Assembly (NCBI RefSeq): GCF_018350175.1
Contig: NC_058376.1
Location: 142,352,001-142,416,000 of the forward strand
Origin: Felis catus
Taxonomy: Eukaryota
DNA: 64,000 nucleotides
Direction of reading: 5' to 3'
Shown in pieces: positions 12,938 through 26,454 of the stretch. The notes beneath the pieces were generated by a model, which did no database searches, was not told where the DNA came from, and saw only the letters and a program-made list of their open reading frames with translations. A program made the position numbers and the translations under genes. Numbering within the stretch: the first letter of the stretch is position 1; each line of letters starts with the position of its first letter.

Positions 12938-13536
12938 AATACTCCAGCTGAGAATAAAATGACTAGTATAACACTAGTACCCATGTACTAATGAACATTT
13001 TCTTCAGGCTTTGATAATGTCTTTAAGTCATTTCTTCCAGTCATACGCAGAGCGAAACAATGCAGATCCGAGTGAGAAAAAGAAGTTTATTGAAAGTTTA
13101 TGACTTAAGTGTAAATGCCTTTCTAATACTCAACAGAGAGACAAGAGTTGATGCTAATGGCTCTTTGAAAAGAATTGGGGCGTTTTTTTAAAGAAAAAAC
13201 CGAAAGAACCATCAGTAGATAGATTTTGGCTTCTTCAATAGGCAAGCAAGTGTTCCTTGAATTTCTCAAGTCTACTCTTTCCTGTGCTTCTGGAAGGACA
13301 AACTCTTAAATACAAAAGTCTAACAAAGGGCTTGTGGATCTTCATTGCCCTTAGTAAATTGTTTTAGAATATTTTTGTCTTGTTCATCTCCATACTCTTT
13401 CTTATAATCCTCTCATTAGCATGTGCGGTTTCATTATTTGTTATATTAATTTTGGTTAATTTGGGATCTTTAAAGTAGTATGTTTGAAAACACTTAGGAG
13501 TCTGGATTGCTGAGAAATTATGCTCTAGAATATTAA

Positions 13537-13749
13537 GGGTTTTTTTTACATTTTTATTTATTTTTGAGACAGAGAAAGACAGAGCATGAGTGGAGGAAGG
13601 TCAGAGAGAGGGAGACACAGAATCTGAAGCAGGCTCCAGGCTCTGAGCTGTCAGCACAGAGCCCAACGCGGGGCTCGAACTCAGGGACTGTGAGATCATG
13701 ACCTGAGCCGAAGTCGGACGCTTAACCGACTGAGCCAGCCAGGCACCCC
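13537..13749 (-). mobile_element. CAN-SINE (SINEC_Fc2-like)
   Basis: TSD ATGCTCTAGAATATTAA at 13520-13536 and 13750-13766. Confidence 0.96.
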
Positions 13750-14177
13750 ATGCTCTAGAATATTAAAGTTAAGAACCGTACCACCCATCTTGAAAACAAA
13801 ACAAAACAAAATCAAAGCCTTGAGACTTTGTGCCACTCATTGACATGGTGTTTTTCAAGCATTAGGAAGTCAAGCAAATTTCTTAATAAAGTTATTTGTC
13901 TCCCATAACAATAAGAGGAAAGTACCAAAGGAAAAAAAAATAAAATGGATTGCATTTTTAGTGGGTTTTAAATTTTGTTTGTTTCTGTTTATTTTATTGG
14001 GCTTTTTGAGGGCAGGGATTTTTTTTTTCTTGAAATTCCCAGGGTTCAAATCTTGTAGGAGACGCAGGCACTTTGTAAATTAGTGTTGGTGCATGATTAA
14101 TTAGGGAAGGGATGTTGCTAATGGACACTTTTTGGGGAATCTGAGTCCCAGGTCTTCCCCAGATAAAATAACCGGTT

Positions 14178-14447
14178 ACAACAATAGAAAAAGGGCAAAG
14201 GATTTGAACAGGCAGTTAACAACAGATGATATTCAAATGGCCAATAAACATATGAGAAGGTGCTCAATTTCATTAGGACCTGGAGACATGAAAATTAAAA
14301 CCACAATGTGAAGCCACTATACACCCACAATAATATTTTAAAAATGAAAACAATTCAAAGTCTTGGTGAGGATGTAGAATAAGTGAAATGCTCATGAACT
14401 GTTAGTGGGAGTATATCATGGACATAACTAATTTGGAAACTATTTGG
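14178..14447 (+). mobile_element. Old L1M fragment (ORF2 3' region)
   Basis: aaatggccaataaacatatgagaaggtgctca...aaattaaaaccacaatg...gttggtgaggatgtag-like L1 ORF2 end motifs. Confidence 0.8.
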
Positions 14448-15297
14448 GATGTTTGGTATACAAAACCTGGTTTTGAGCAACCATTTAACCTGATGAGTCT
14501 CTGCTTATATAAATGGGGATAATAATAGGCACATCAGAGAGTTGCAGTAAGAACTAAACAAGGTTATGTGTGTAAAACAGGAAAGAAAGCAGGTCATGTG
14601 GACCCAGGTATATAATAGGAGATGGGTGTAGTAACCAGAACTATAAATAGAATCATACTTAACAAAATTTTATCCCATGGTAATTTATGCCAATGTTATA
14701 TTTTCTGGGAAATGTTAAAATTTCCGAGAAACTTAGTCTTGCATATTACTCAAAGTGCTTTATTAGTCTTTTTGGGAAGGAAATAACCAATAACTGATTG
14801 CAAAGCACTCTGCAGATGCCAGCATTTTTATAGTGACACATTTTTCAAGAATTTAAATTTTTATTAAAGATGCTAAAGCATCCTTCCAGTTAGAAAACCC
14901 GTCCCATAAAAGGATGATAATTCTATGGACTGTATTCTTCACATTGAATTTAAGCGTCAGTTCCAGAGAAAAATACTATTTTCTACAGATGTTTCAGTGA
15001 AAAATACAAAGTAACACATTAGGTTTATATAAATATTTCTCCTTAAGGTTATTGTCTTTCATTGACTATTATATATACTAACAAAAATAAAATAATATAC
15101 AAATACACACATGTAAATTCCTCTATACCATTATATGCTGATCCAGCTTTCTCTCCAGAGATAACAACTCTAAAAGATTTTGTGCATGTGCTTTGTCTAT
15201 GTGTTTGCCCAACATATATGTATGATGTACATAATTCCACCTATATAAATGTGAAGTTTTTTGTATATGTTTTTTCTTTAAAAAAAAGAAATTATTT

Positions 15298-15476
15298 CAG
15301 CCCACCTGAATGGCTCAGTCAGTTAAGTGTCTGACTCTTGATTGTGGCTCAGGTCCTGATCTTGCGGTTCATGGGATTGAGTCCTCCTCCGGGCTCTGCG
15401 CTGACAGCGTGGAGCCTGCTTGGGATTCTCTCTTTTCTTGTCTCTGCCCCTCCCCTGTTCCCTCTCGAGAGAAGGA

Positions 15477-15547
<71 letters not shown>
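15298..15547 (+). mobile_element. CAN-SINE whose tail is a (GAAA)n microsatellite
   Basis: acctgaatggctcagtcagttaag...ggagcctgcttgggattc followed by (GAAA)n at about 15476-15547. Confidence 0.92.
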
Positions 15548-16271
15548 GAGTTACATCATATCTTATATATTATTCTTCAACTGCATTTGTTAATTTGATA
15601 TGTCTTAGAAATCTTCCTATGTGAATCTATATACTTATTCTATTAACAGATATTTTAGTATTTCAGAGTATAGAAATACCACATTTTGTTTTAAACATGC
15701 TTCTTTCGGATGTCATTTGGATGTCAGATATCTTCTTATTTTTAACAATGCAACAAGCCTTAAGTAACTCTCCTTGGGCATGAACACAAGGGTTTCCCTG
15801 GGTAGATATTGAGGCATGCAATGGCTTGGTCCTAGGAGGTACCCATTGTTCATCTAGTAGCTAATGCCAGAATGCTCTTCAAAGTGAATGAATGAATGCT
15901 CTCCAGCTTCATCAGCAATGTAAATGAAAGTTGCATTTTCCTTTAGTTTTACTAAGAGTTAATAACATTCTTTAAAATTTTTTCAGTCCAATGGGAAGAA
16001 GTAACATTTTCATGTTGCTAAAATATGCAAGTCTCTGAATACTACTGAGGCAGAACATTTTGGCATATATCATTCTTCTGACTTCCTGACTACCATTACC
16101 TGTGTTATTGCTCCTGACTTTTCTGTGCCTTTCAGTGGGCTCTTGATGGTAGCCTAAGGCTACTGGAGTTTCTGAGTTAGCAATTCCAAGCCTAAGTCTC
16201 CACACCACCAGAATAAGCTTCCCTTTCTTCTTGTCCTAGATTTCCTTTCATGAAGCGAGGAAGCAGGCTTT

Positions 16272-16600
16272 TTGGTCTCAAACTTCGGCATGCACAAGAA
16301 TCACCTGGGGATCTTGTTAAAATGCAAATCCTGACTCAGCAAATATTGGGTGGAGTCTGCATTTCTTTCTTAATGTTTATTTACTTTTGAAGGAGTGACA
16401 GAGTGTGAGTGCGGGAGGGGTAGAGAGAGAGGGAAACACCGGATCTGAAGCAGGCTACAGGCTCTGAGCTGTCAGCACAGAGCCCGACGTGGTGATCGAA
16501 CTCGCGAGCTGTGAGATTGTGACTAGAGCCAAAGTCGGTCGCTTAAGTGGGAGTCTGCATTTCTAATCAGCTTACTGGTGGTCCTAAAGCTGCTGGTCCC
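16272..16600. mobile_element. MER5-like DNA transposon interrupted by a SINE
   Basis: ggtctcaaacttcggcatgcacaagaatcacctggggatcttgttaaaatgcaaatcctgactcag...gagtctgcatttct[SINE]aatcagc...gctgctggtcc. Confidence 0.75.
16367..16549 (-). mobile_element. CAN-SINE, 5'-truncated
   Basis: TSD GGAGTCTGCATTTCT at 16352-16366 and 16550-16564. Element stops before the GGGGCGCC head. Confidence 0.92.
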
Positions 16601-17230
16601 CTTAATAGGGAATTTCGTGACTGGTACATAGAGAGCATTTAATTTACTTACATTGAATGACCAAGTTATCTGGAGATGTTGCAGATCAGGTGGTACCTAG
16701 GTCATTCCCCCAATGCAGGCTCAGTATACTTGCTTTTATTTACAAACTCAAGATGACCCCTCTATACCTCACTCTGCATTAGATAGTTACTAATTGTTTA
16801 TCTCAGCTATGATATTATTATAATCATGGTAAGAGGAGTAGGAAATGAATCATTTAATCTTTGTGAATATCTTTGGCTCACATGGCCCAGTTATAACATT
16901 GACAATTTCTGTGGTCAACGTGCTGAAAGCCCCCCTTTTCCTTATTTTTCTGAATAAAGAATTCCCATTGAAGTATGTAAATTCCTATAGTACTTCATTA
17001 CACAGGATTGCCTCCTTATTCTTGACAAAACCTCTTGCCAAAGTTAAAAGTAATCCATCTTTTATCTATCTATCTATCCACCCATCCATAGTTCTCTATT
17101 CTTTATTATATTCCTTATTCTATCGTTTTAATGCTTTGGATAGATTTTATTCTTTTCCTTTAGATCCTTTTGATTTCATTTTATCTTCACATTTAATATA
17201 TTTTAATATTCCAAGGTGGTAAGTAGTCAG

Positions 17231-17465
17231 TTTTTTTTTTTGTTTTTTTTTTGTTTTTTTTTCAACGTTTATTTATTTTTGGGACAGAGAGAGACAGAGC
17301 ATGAACGGGGGAGGGGCAGAGAGAGAGGGAGACACAGAATCGGAAACAGGCTCCAGGCTCTGAGCTGTCAGCCCAGAGCCCGACGCGGGGCTCGAACTCA
17401 CGGACCGCGAGATCGTGACCTGGCTGAAGTTGGACGCTTAACCGACTGCGCCACCCAGGCGCCCT
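17231..17465 (-). mobile_element. CAN-SINE, young SINEC_Fc1-type
   Basis: Near-consensus Fc1 sequence. TSD AGTAGTCAGTTTTT on both sides. Confidence 0.97.
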
Positions 17466-17591
17466 AGTAGTCAGTTTTTCAGGTGTTGGAGATGGGATCA
17501 CCACCCTGCCAGCTGACAGTAGAGACAGCATGTAGAAACGGATGCGTTTGGAGCCAGTGACCAGGTTCTCATCACATTGTTAGGCAATGTA

Positions 17592-17595
<4 letters not shown>

Positions 17596-17635
<40 letters not shown>
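17596..17635. repeat. (TC)n microsatellite
   Basis: Direct observation. Confidence 0.97.
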
Positions 17636-17638
<3 letters not shown>

Positions 17639-17652
17639 ATATAATTTATGAA

Positions 17653-17847
17653 TTTTTTAAATGTTTATTTAGTTTTGAGAGGGAGAGGGCACGAGCAGGG
17701 GAGGGGCAGAGAGGGGGGTGCAGAGGCTCCGACATGGGCTCTGCACTGACAGTAATGAGCCCAATGTGAGGCTTGAACTCACCGATCCTGAGACCGTGAC
17801 CTGAGCCGAAGTCGGACACTCAACTGACTGAGCCACCCAGGCGCACC
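17653..17847 (-). mobile_element. CAN-SINE
   Basis: ...gtgacctgagccgaagtcggacactcaactgactgagccacccaggcgcacc. Confidence 0.93.
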
Positions 17848-17919
17848 GATGACTATTTTTAATAATAAAATCTTCATCTACTGCCTCCTTTATTACGAAC
17901 ACTGGCCCTAAATCAACTT

Positions 17920-18600
17920 GTTGAAAAGCATAATTTAAATGAGTTAATGCCCTTATTTTGAGTGTACAGTTTGATGAGTTTTTACATCTATTTATACCCA
18001 TGTAAGCAAATATTTTTTTCATTCCAAATATTTCCTCGTGTCTCTGAGGTTAATTCCTCACTCTTGACTTCAGGTAACCACTGAACAGTTTTCCCTTTCT
18101 GTCATTGCCTGTTCTAGTATCTCATTTAAAGGGAATCATATGGTAGGTTGTGTTTTTGCTTTTTTCTTTATCTAAGAATAATGTGTTTTTGATATTCATC
18201 CATGTTAGTAAATCATTCTCTTCTTTTTTTTTAAGTTTATTTTTACTTATTTTGAGAGAGAGAGAGAGAGAGAGAGCAAGCGTGGGTGAGGCAGAGAGAG
18301 GGGAGACAGAATCCCAAACAGGCTCTGCACTGTCAGCACAGAGCCCACTGTGGGGCTTGAACTCACAAACCACGAGATCATGACCTAAGCTGAAATCAAG
18401 AGTCTGTCGCTTACTGACTGAGCCACTCAGGTACCCCCATTCTCTTCTTTATCATAAAGTGATATTCCATTGTATGGATATACCATAACTTATTTAACCA
18501 CTTATCTCCTGTTCCACAAATAAATCTGACAGTCTTTTTGTGAATCTATTACTCTTGAGAAACTCCTGGGAGTAGAATTGCTGGGATAATGGGAAATATA
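17920..18600 (-). mobile_element. Old L1M 3' fragment, interrupted by a SINE
   Basis: ttttgagtgtacagtttgatgagttttt...caggtaaccactga...ggaatcatatggt...attccattgtatggatataccata...ggagtagaattgctggg. Confidence 0.75.
18227..18437 (-). mobile_element. CAN-SINE
   Basis: TSD CATTCTCTTCTTT at 18214-18226 and 18438-18450. Confidence 0.94.
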
Positions 18601-19159
18601 TCTTACCACTGACTTCAATAAATTCACATACCTATCATAATCTGAGTTCTCCAATATGGCATAGGATTGCATATTGTCTTATATTTTCTCATTTCATATT
18701 TATTTTAACTCCTGACTCCCCACTAGGTCGAAAACTCTCATATGCTAGGAGTCAGAAGTTATCATTCATTTCTTTTTTAACTTAAGAAAAGAAAAAATTA
18801 ACACTGGGCTGTGGGCATATCGTAACTGCCTGTGGATTATTATTATGTATTTTATTAGTAATACCTCACTAAACACAATGACTCTATGTTATAGTCCTCT
18901 TTGAGATGAATTTGTAAAGTTAAGCTTCATTGGGTGTGTTTCAGGTGAACATAAATAGTAATAGTCTCCCGCTCTTCCTTCTGGGTGGATGTGTGGCCTA
19001 CTGGGACCACCTGGATTATCCTGAGACTCTTGCTGTAACCATCAACAATAGGTTCTAATATTCCACGGGGGTTGCTGAGTTAAAAGAAAGCAAGAGCAGG
19101 TCTGCTGTTTCTGTCTTTGCCACTTAGAGAGAGATTCACCCTGAAAATAAAGCCATCAC

Positions 19160-19377
19160 AAACGATACTGTATTGTGTACCTGACTATAGTGAATCTTAA
19201 AAGTTCTTATTCACACATAAAATGGATAATTTTGTGAGATGACACATGTGTTAGCTAATCTTATTGTGGTGATTACTTTGCAATATATACAAATCTAATC
19301 ATCACATTGTACACTTAAAACTTATACAATATTATGTATCAATTACATGTTAACAAAAATGTCGGGGCTGGGGGGAG
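19160..19377 (+). mobile_element. L1 3' end fragment (L1MA/MB-like), inserted in an MLT1-like LTR
   Basis: ttattgtggtgattactttgcaatatatacaaat...cattgtacacttaaaacttatacaatattatgtatcaatta. TSD TAAAGCCATCAC at 19148-19159 and 19378-19389. Confidence 0.82.
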
Positions 19378-20679
19378 TAAAGCCATCACGGGAAGGAGAC
19401 AAATTTGTGATCACATACTGAAGCACAAATCAAAACGCTTGATTAGCATCCAGCAGCACCTACCCCTATACTTTTCATGGTGGATGGCAGTTTGAAATGA
19501 ATTTTATAATTTATTATTGCGAGAATCCCCTTTAATACATTGTACCTTAATACTACCAGATCCAACCTAGCCATCCAAAATATTAACCGTGAGACATATC
19601 GCAAGAGACCTTCCTTTGAACATATGGCCTTGGCCATCAAGGATAATACATTGCCAGTTTTCTTTAGACTCAATTAGAAGTTGAAAAATATACAAATGAT
19701 AAAGGCACTAGATTTTCATCTTTGTGTACCTAAAATCATCCCTAAAACTGGATTTGAAGTGGCCATTCAATGTTAGAAACTATTAGAAAGTAAGTATTCT
19801 CATAAATACTCGAATGTAAGACCAGTGGGGAAGAAGTGTTTAAGTACTGTTGCCACAGTGACACATAATTATGGTTATCTTCCATGAGAGCACCTTTAGT
19901 GTTATTACTCTAGTATGCTTTTTGCTTTGAATCTGCCAAATAATTGCCTCAATTATCTGCTTCACTTTGGCCATGGAATCTTGGCCAGGACAATTATTCC
20001 TGTTTCCTGCTGGATCACAGTTTAGTGATCTCATAGACAGAACTTCATCTCAATGTCGAAGTGTTGGTAAGACTCACATAATTACTTTTCATCGTTACTG
20101 TGGCTGAGACATAATTCTTCTGTCAGTCTATGCTGAGCGGTCCTGTTGAAAATGAATGGTTTTGAAGTAGCATAGCTGTATTATATTGGTAGAGAGAGAC
20201 ATTCTCATTCAGGGCAGTTATAATTACGTGTTGCCATAGTGACAGTGAATGGACAGAGGAGATTTATCCAGGTGCTTATTGCTTTCCAGGAAAACTCCCA
20301 TTGGACCTGGTGGTTATCAATGTCAGGCATCTTCCCCAGGCCAAAGGAAAACCTGTAAGCTTATCATTATCGTGTTCTGATTGAAGAAGGGCTCAGTCCA
20401 TGTTATTTGCAGTAGTACTCTCAGGAACATATTAGCAAATCTGAGTAAAGGCAGCATAATTAGAATGAGGTTATCCAGTGGAAGACCACCTTTTACGTCC
20501 TAATTCCTAGCATCTGGGAAGATGGAAATCTTAGGGCATCCAAATGCCCTGATTTGATTTTCAGATTTAAAAGTATGGAAACATGTACTTTTCCATATAT
20601 CTCATTTAAGTGTCAACACAGCCCTGTGGGTACTGCTCACATGTGCAACAAAGTGCATGGATCCCAGAACCATTATGTT

Positions 20680-21160
20680 GAGTGACGGGTGCCAGAATCA
20701 AAGGCCACAAATGGAATAGTTCCATCTATATAAAGCTCAACATGAGGCAACAATAATATATGGTGATGACAGTAACATGTGTATACCCTTCCACATTTTA
20801 TCTTAACTTGCAGAAAAGAGAACTGTGGGAGACTCGCTATCCTGGAGTCGGTTTCCCACTCTGCCACTTGCTAGCTATAAGAACTTAGGCAAATTTTAGT
20901 TCTTTTGACTCTAAAATAGTCTCTTTCCAGCTCTAATTTCCTGAATATTATCTATAAAACTCCTCACCATGTATCCTTTCCAGAAGGTAGAATTGACTGA
21001 AAGGGGGCTAAGGGAAATTTGTGGGTGGTGGACATGTTCTATATTTTAACTGATGTGGTGATTACACAGGTATATATGTGTTTGTTAAAACTCATCATGT
21101 TGTCCACTTAAAATATGTACGTTTTACTGACCGTAAATGTGCAAAAAAGTCAAAAAGAAA
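20680..21160 (+). mobile_element. Old L1MC-like 3' fragments split by a MIR piece
   Basis: ttccatctatataaagctcaa...ggcaa; then aattgactgaaagggg...gtgggtggtggacatgttctatatttt...gtggtgattacacagg...cacttaaaatatgtac. Confidence 0.65.
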
Positions 21161-21624
21161 AACTTTATGAGTTATTCTTATGAGCCATATTTTACTCAGG
21201 GGACAACTGGGACTCAAAAAATGAAGTTACAGTTTGCCCAAGTTCATTGTGGGAGTTGAGAAATCTATATTATCCAATGAGAATTTCAATCTTTTGAAAA
21301 GTGGGAAGATTTTCATCATGGCATTAATTGTAAGCCTAATGCCTTTGTACTTAGCACATTAGAAGAAAGCACAACAAAAATGAAAAAAAATGTTTCCCAC
21401 ATTCTGCTCTATTTATGTGCACATTTGCATTTTACAGAGGTAACTGGTAATGCATTATTGCTTTTTCACTGAGAAAAGCAGAGAGAAAGGCTGCCCATCA
21501 GGGGAAGTCATAATGATGTCACTCCATCAGCAGTGTTCTGAGGCATCTGCTATGTAGAGAATCCTGATAGGTGTTTTTCTGCAGAGAGGCGAAAATTTGA
21601 CATAACAGCTTTCATGGTCTGTGA

Positions 21625-21797
21625 AGCGGTTCCTGGATAAGCACTCCCTACACAAGTCCCTGAGCATCTTGTTAAAAAAAAAAAAAACACATATCCTGAT
21701 TCAGTGGGTCTGAAGTGAAAGCCCACCAGTTTGCAATTTTAATAAATTCCTAAGTGATGATGGTACTTCTGGTCTTTGGACCACACTTTGAGTGGCA
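21625..21797. mobile_element. MER5A-like DNA transposon
   Basis: cttgttaaaa...ctgattcagtgggtctg...tttgcaattttaataaattcctaagtgatg...ggaccacactttgagt. Confidence 0.7.
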
Positions 21798-22213
21798 AAG
21801 AAGAGGTTATCAAAGCTGAAGTGGGATGTGCTTTTCATCTAAGTTCTCAAACTCCAGTAGTGACCTGAAACCAGAACCCACAATGATGAGTGTCTTTATT
21901 CCCCTCACCCCACTCATATGAGAAACAAAATGAGAGGTGTGTAAATATAAATATAAACATTTGGGCCCAAGGAGAAAATTGGCTGTAGAATTGGTTGTTT
22001 AGAATTATTGAGTATAGTCAGTTTGTCCCATTTTTATTACTGTGTTTCTACATATAAAGCTTTAAGGTCAACGTCTTCCTAAATTCCAATCTAGAAGTTC
22101 CTCTTCTAAACAAGGATACATTTGTAATCTTGGAAGTTGTAGAGTGAAATAGTGACCCACAGAAGTGTTTGATCACAGCAACACACATGCACATGAAAGT
22201 TAGTTGTTAATTT

Positions 22214-22535
22214 TGTACCTGTTCTCCAAGATGGCCTTCAATAATCCTTGCCTCCTGGTATTCCCACTATTGTGTAATCCCCTTCCACATTAAGTGACAC
22301 TGACCTGTAGAACCAATGGGATGATGATGTGTCACTTCCAAAGACAGATCATAAAAGACATTCTATCTTTGGCCTTGTTTGTCCTTGGATTGTTCACCCT
22401 GGTAGAAGCCAGCACTATGCTGTGAGGATCTTCAAGCAGCAACTGAGCTCCCCAAGTGAGGGAATAACTGAGTCCTTCTCTCAACAGCCTTGTGAGGGAA
22501 GGGTTTATCTTGGAAGTGGATGTTTCAACTCCAGG
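22214..22535 (+). mobile_element. MLT1 (ERVL-MaLR) LTR fragment, MLT1F/G/H-like
   Basis: ctccaagatggccttcaataatccttgcctcctggtattc...tgtgtaatccccttccacatt...gtgtcacttccaa...cttggaagtggat. Confidence 0.78.
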
Positions 22536-22879
22536 ATTTTGAAGCACTAGATGACTAAAACAGTGCTTGAAAAGAGGGCAAAACTCTATATTAGGTAGAT
22601 ATGAGACTATTGGCTTAGAAAGGTAGATTCTGTAATAGCCACCCTCCCCCCAAATGTTATCTAAATATAATCACATCCTGTTTGAACTAACTAACCCTAG
22701 TTCTTCATGATTACCAGATCCTAATCCCAAATAAATAGGTTTTATAATGGAGGCAGCAAGACAAAAATATAAAATAACAAATTGGGGCATTTATATTACA
22801 TGAATGAATAAAACCAGTAAGTTATGCGATCTATTATTAGGTTATATTCTGTGCTCATGCATGTCTTGATGAAGCCTTA

Positions 22880-23160
22880 GGTTGGGACACTGGCAGAGGC
22901 GATAAGGAAAGATAGAGATGGATTATTTTAAATAATTGATAGGAAGTCATGATGAATTGATTTGGTGTATAAAGGAGAAGGGAGGATAAAAGACACCCTT
23001 AAAAATATGTGTCTATTAGATTGAAGAATAATGACATCCACCATTGAATGAAATAGATTAGTTTGGAAGATAAGCTAGGGTTTTAGAGATGGGGAAGAGG
23101 ACAGAGGCTCTATCTTGAGATATATTGAGTTTTGCTTAACAAGAAAACCTGGGAGAAAAT
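22880..23160 (-). mobile_element. L2 fragment
   Basis: Purine-rich degenerate L2 body on reverse orientation. Confidence 0.45.
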
Positions 23161-24394
23161 GCTTTATTTTTTATTGTTACTGTCCCCTTGTACCACATAT
23201 TGGTGATTTTTTCCCCTCATTCCCAAACCCTATCCCTGAAAAATAGAGATAGCCAATGTAGGTATTTTACTTATGAAAAATCTGAGCAAGCAAGAGTTTT
23301 AGCAATATGTCTAATAGTATAGAGTCAGGAATAGTCTAAAATCCAGCTTTTTCCCAAACCAAGCTGTGGTTCTTTCCTGCTGGAGCATACTGTGAACACT
23401 GCACAGATTTCTTCTTTATGTTGGCTGTTGGTCCAGGCCCTTGGTGTCTGGAATTAGTCATTGTTTTGAAATGGGAAAGTGTCTGGATAGATACTTCAGA
23501 TAGGGTTCTAATAGAGTATCTGTCCTTTGGTGGGTACCTGGTAGAGTGTAGCTTTTGACTTTAACAATTAGAAATTCAAAGCTATAAATTCACCAAAGGC
23601 TTGTAAAAGCTTTGGGAAATCTATCAATACAGCCAAAGCCATAGGAGATTGATTTGTGAAACTGAATGTCAAATGTTAATTGACAAATGGGCATACATAA
23701 TTTTAATAACTGGAGCACTCAGGTTTTCTTTACTGTGTTCCACTTCTGGAAGTGACTTTTGCAATGAAAAAGTTACTTGATGAATATCAAGTTGGAAGAG
23801 ACTCTATCTAGCTCTAGAGGACATATAATATACGTAGTGATGGCATTTGCAGAATCTTCCTGCTCTGCTACAGAACATCCATTTTTAGCAACTGAAATAT
23901 TTAAGTCTTTAATATGCATTGTTTTCTCTTGCACAGGCTACTCCAAACAGTGAGTTATGCAGCAAATATTTATCAGGGACCCACCATGTGCCAGGCACTC
24001 TTTTAGGGGTTGAAGATACAGTGGTGAAAGAGAGGCAAGTTTTTACCATCAAGGAACTTACATTTTAGTGGGCCACTGAATCTTGTTAGTTTCTAGATCT
24101 CCTTTTTTAGTTATCAGCCTCTTCTGTTTCACGTTACTTCCCTTAATGATTTCCATAATCATGGTTTGTCTTTAATTAGCTGCATTTTTTGAGTGTGTTC
24201 CTGATGAAATTTTAGGAAGATAAATTAATGTGGTAGACAGCAGGTAAGTTGCTTTGTTGAAGATGATTTTTTTGGTTTTTGTTCCTCTACTCTGTTTTTA
24301 TCTTCTATCAATGATAGTTTTTTTTCTTTTTTTCTTTTTAGTATACAGCTTGTTGTTCAGTTTTAATAAGAAAGGGACCTAAATGGAAATATGT

Positions 24395-24399
24395 ATGTG

Positions 24400-24453
<54 letters not shown>
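24395..24453. repeat. (GT)n(AT)n compound microsatellite
   Basis: Direct observation. Alternating purine-pyrimidine tract. Confidence 0.97.
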
Positions 24454-24454
<1 letters not shown>

Positions 24455-24985
24455 GGCTAAACAAATAGCTGAATTATAATTATGGCATTAGGAATAGACA
24501 TATAGTAGATGCTTAACAAATTAGAAGAATTTTAATTTGACAGTAAACTTCAAACTATTTACTTTAAAGATATTGAGGCTAACAGACTAATCATATGTTG
24601 CCTGAGGGAAGAGATATTTCCTTCAGCTGACTTATTGATTTGTTGCCTTTTAACAGAAAACTATGCTGATCTAATTACAAAGAAGGGTTAAAGAGTTAAT
24701 AACTTCAAACCTGAGGTTGTCCATAATGAAGCACAATGATTAATGGTCTAATAGAAGCAACCACCCGTGAATCTTTAGCCAGAGACTTGAAATGCCATGT
24801 CGATAATGCGGGAGCTTGAAATACTGTGACCGATTTTTCTTTCTATATGAAAGTGATGTTAAAATTTCTAAATGTTATTGTAATTGGACCCATGGTGTAG
24901 CCATCACTTGTAACCGATTCTCTAAATGCTGTTTACTAGTAGTCTTCTGGATTATTAACTTTTTAAAAAACAAAATTCCTGTTAC

Positions 24986-25100
24986 CTTAATATACTCATC
25001 AGTGAGGTACCAGGCCACAACCTTCTCCAAAAACCAACTTGTCCAGGTCAATGTGAGGGTTGTGAAAAGGAACGTAATCAATGGATCGACATCAGGAATC
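24986..25100 (-). other. Candidate internal exon (115 nt), unknown transcript
   Basis: Minus-strand acceptor ccttgacttcccag|G and donor AAG|gtaaca. One frame is open throughout (IPDVDPLITFLFTTLTLTWTSWFLEKVVAWYLTDEYIK); the other two contain stops. No homolog recognised. Confidence 0.35.
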
Positions 25101-26267
25101 CTGGGAAGTCAAGGTAGATCACCAGGTTATCCATTTAAATCTCTCTCTCCAACCCTGCCAATGCAGGGATTATAAAAGGAGTGTGGGGGCTTATAATTGG
25201 GACCATATAAGTTAGTGTTGAGACCTTTGAGAGGGAAGGTGATATAGTATGGGTACCATTTTGAGACATGAAACCAGAGCAGGTGAGTGAAGCTTATTCA
25301 TGTTACCATTATTTACAGTATTTTCTGATCTAGTGTTAGCCTCAAGTGGCTGCCACACTCAGAATCAAACTTCTTTGCCCTGGGAAGAAAGAACTATGAT
25401 TGTAGGTTGAGCTGGGGGAACTCTTGGGTGGTATTGGAGCCCAGGGTTACAAGAGCTTATCAATAGTACCAGAGATTCAATTAACAGTATGGTGGCTGGG
25501 GCGGCACCATCAGCTGTTGATGACTGTGGGTGTTGGTTATAGCAGAGGCCCAGCGACTTGAGAAAGCTGTAAAGGGCAGCTCGATTATCCCCTGGAAATT
25601 GAGAGTAGGATTAAGTAGAGTCTGAGACCTCTAAACATTTTGTTTGGAGGAAGAGAGTGGTATTCCTATTATCTTGTTTCTACTAAGAAAAAAATAAAAA
25701 TCACCTACAATTCCACCACCTCTTTCCTAGAGAGAACGATAGCTCTCCGCCCCTCCCCCCCATTTATATCTTGCTCACTTGCTTATTTACTTTTCCTCTT
25801 CTACCCACTCTGTTAGATATTTTAAAATTAAAGTTACCTCATGAACTTCTTTCTAGATCATTAATCATTCTTCCATAATATAGTTTTTGGTGGCTGCTTA
25901 ACATTTAGTTATAAGATTTCACTATAATTAGTAATTAAGGTCACTGCCAAAAATATTTTCATTGTAATCTAAATCCTTGTTTTACTTTCTGTGGAAACCG
26001 TGCCCCAAATACCCTCAACTCCTGAGTTCAGTTGCCTTTTCTTTCTTGTTTCCCACTGTTTGTTGAATAGGCCGGGTGTGACGGTGAGGTCTTCTTTCCT
26101 TTTCTTTGAGCTTCTTCCAGGCTTAGCTTCCACTTAGTTTAGAGAGCTGGCTTCAGTGCTTTAACCAGAGGACTGATACTAGAGGTGATTTCTGTATTTA
26201 TGGGAATTGGAGGGGGAATAGGGATAGGGTGATGGGAATAGCCTGTTTCTCTTCAATTTCTTGCTCT

Positions 26268-26412
26268 TCTAAGAGTGATTTGTGGACCAGCCACATTGAT
26301 GTCCTGTGGAAGCTGGTTCGAAATATGGAATCTCAAGACCTGCTGAATCAGAATCTGCATTTAGGATGATACTCTAGTGATTCATATGCAGGAGAAAGTC
26401 TGAGAAGCACTG
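26268..26412. mobile_element. MER5A-like DNA transposon
   Basis: ggaccagccacatt...gacctgctgaatcagaatctgcattt...gtgattcatatgca...aaagtctgagaagcactg. Confidence 0.75.
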
Positions 26413-26454
26413 CTTTAGTTGATGGCCGATAATTATCCTTTGATTACTTCTACA

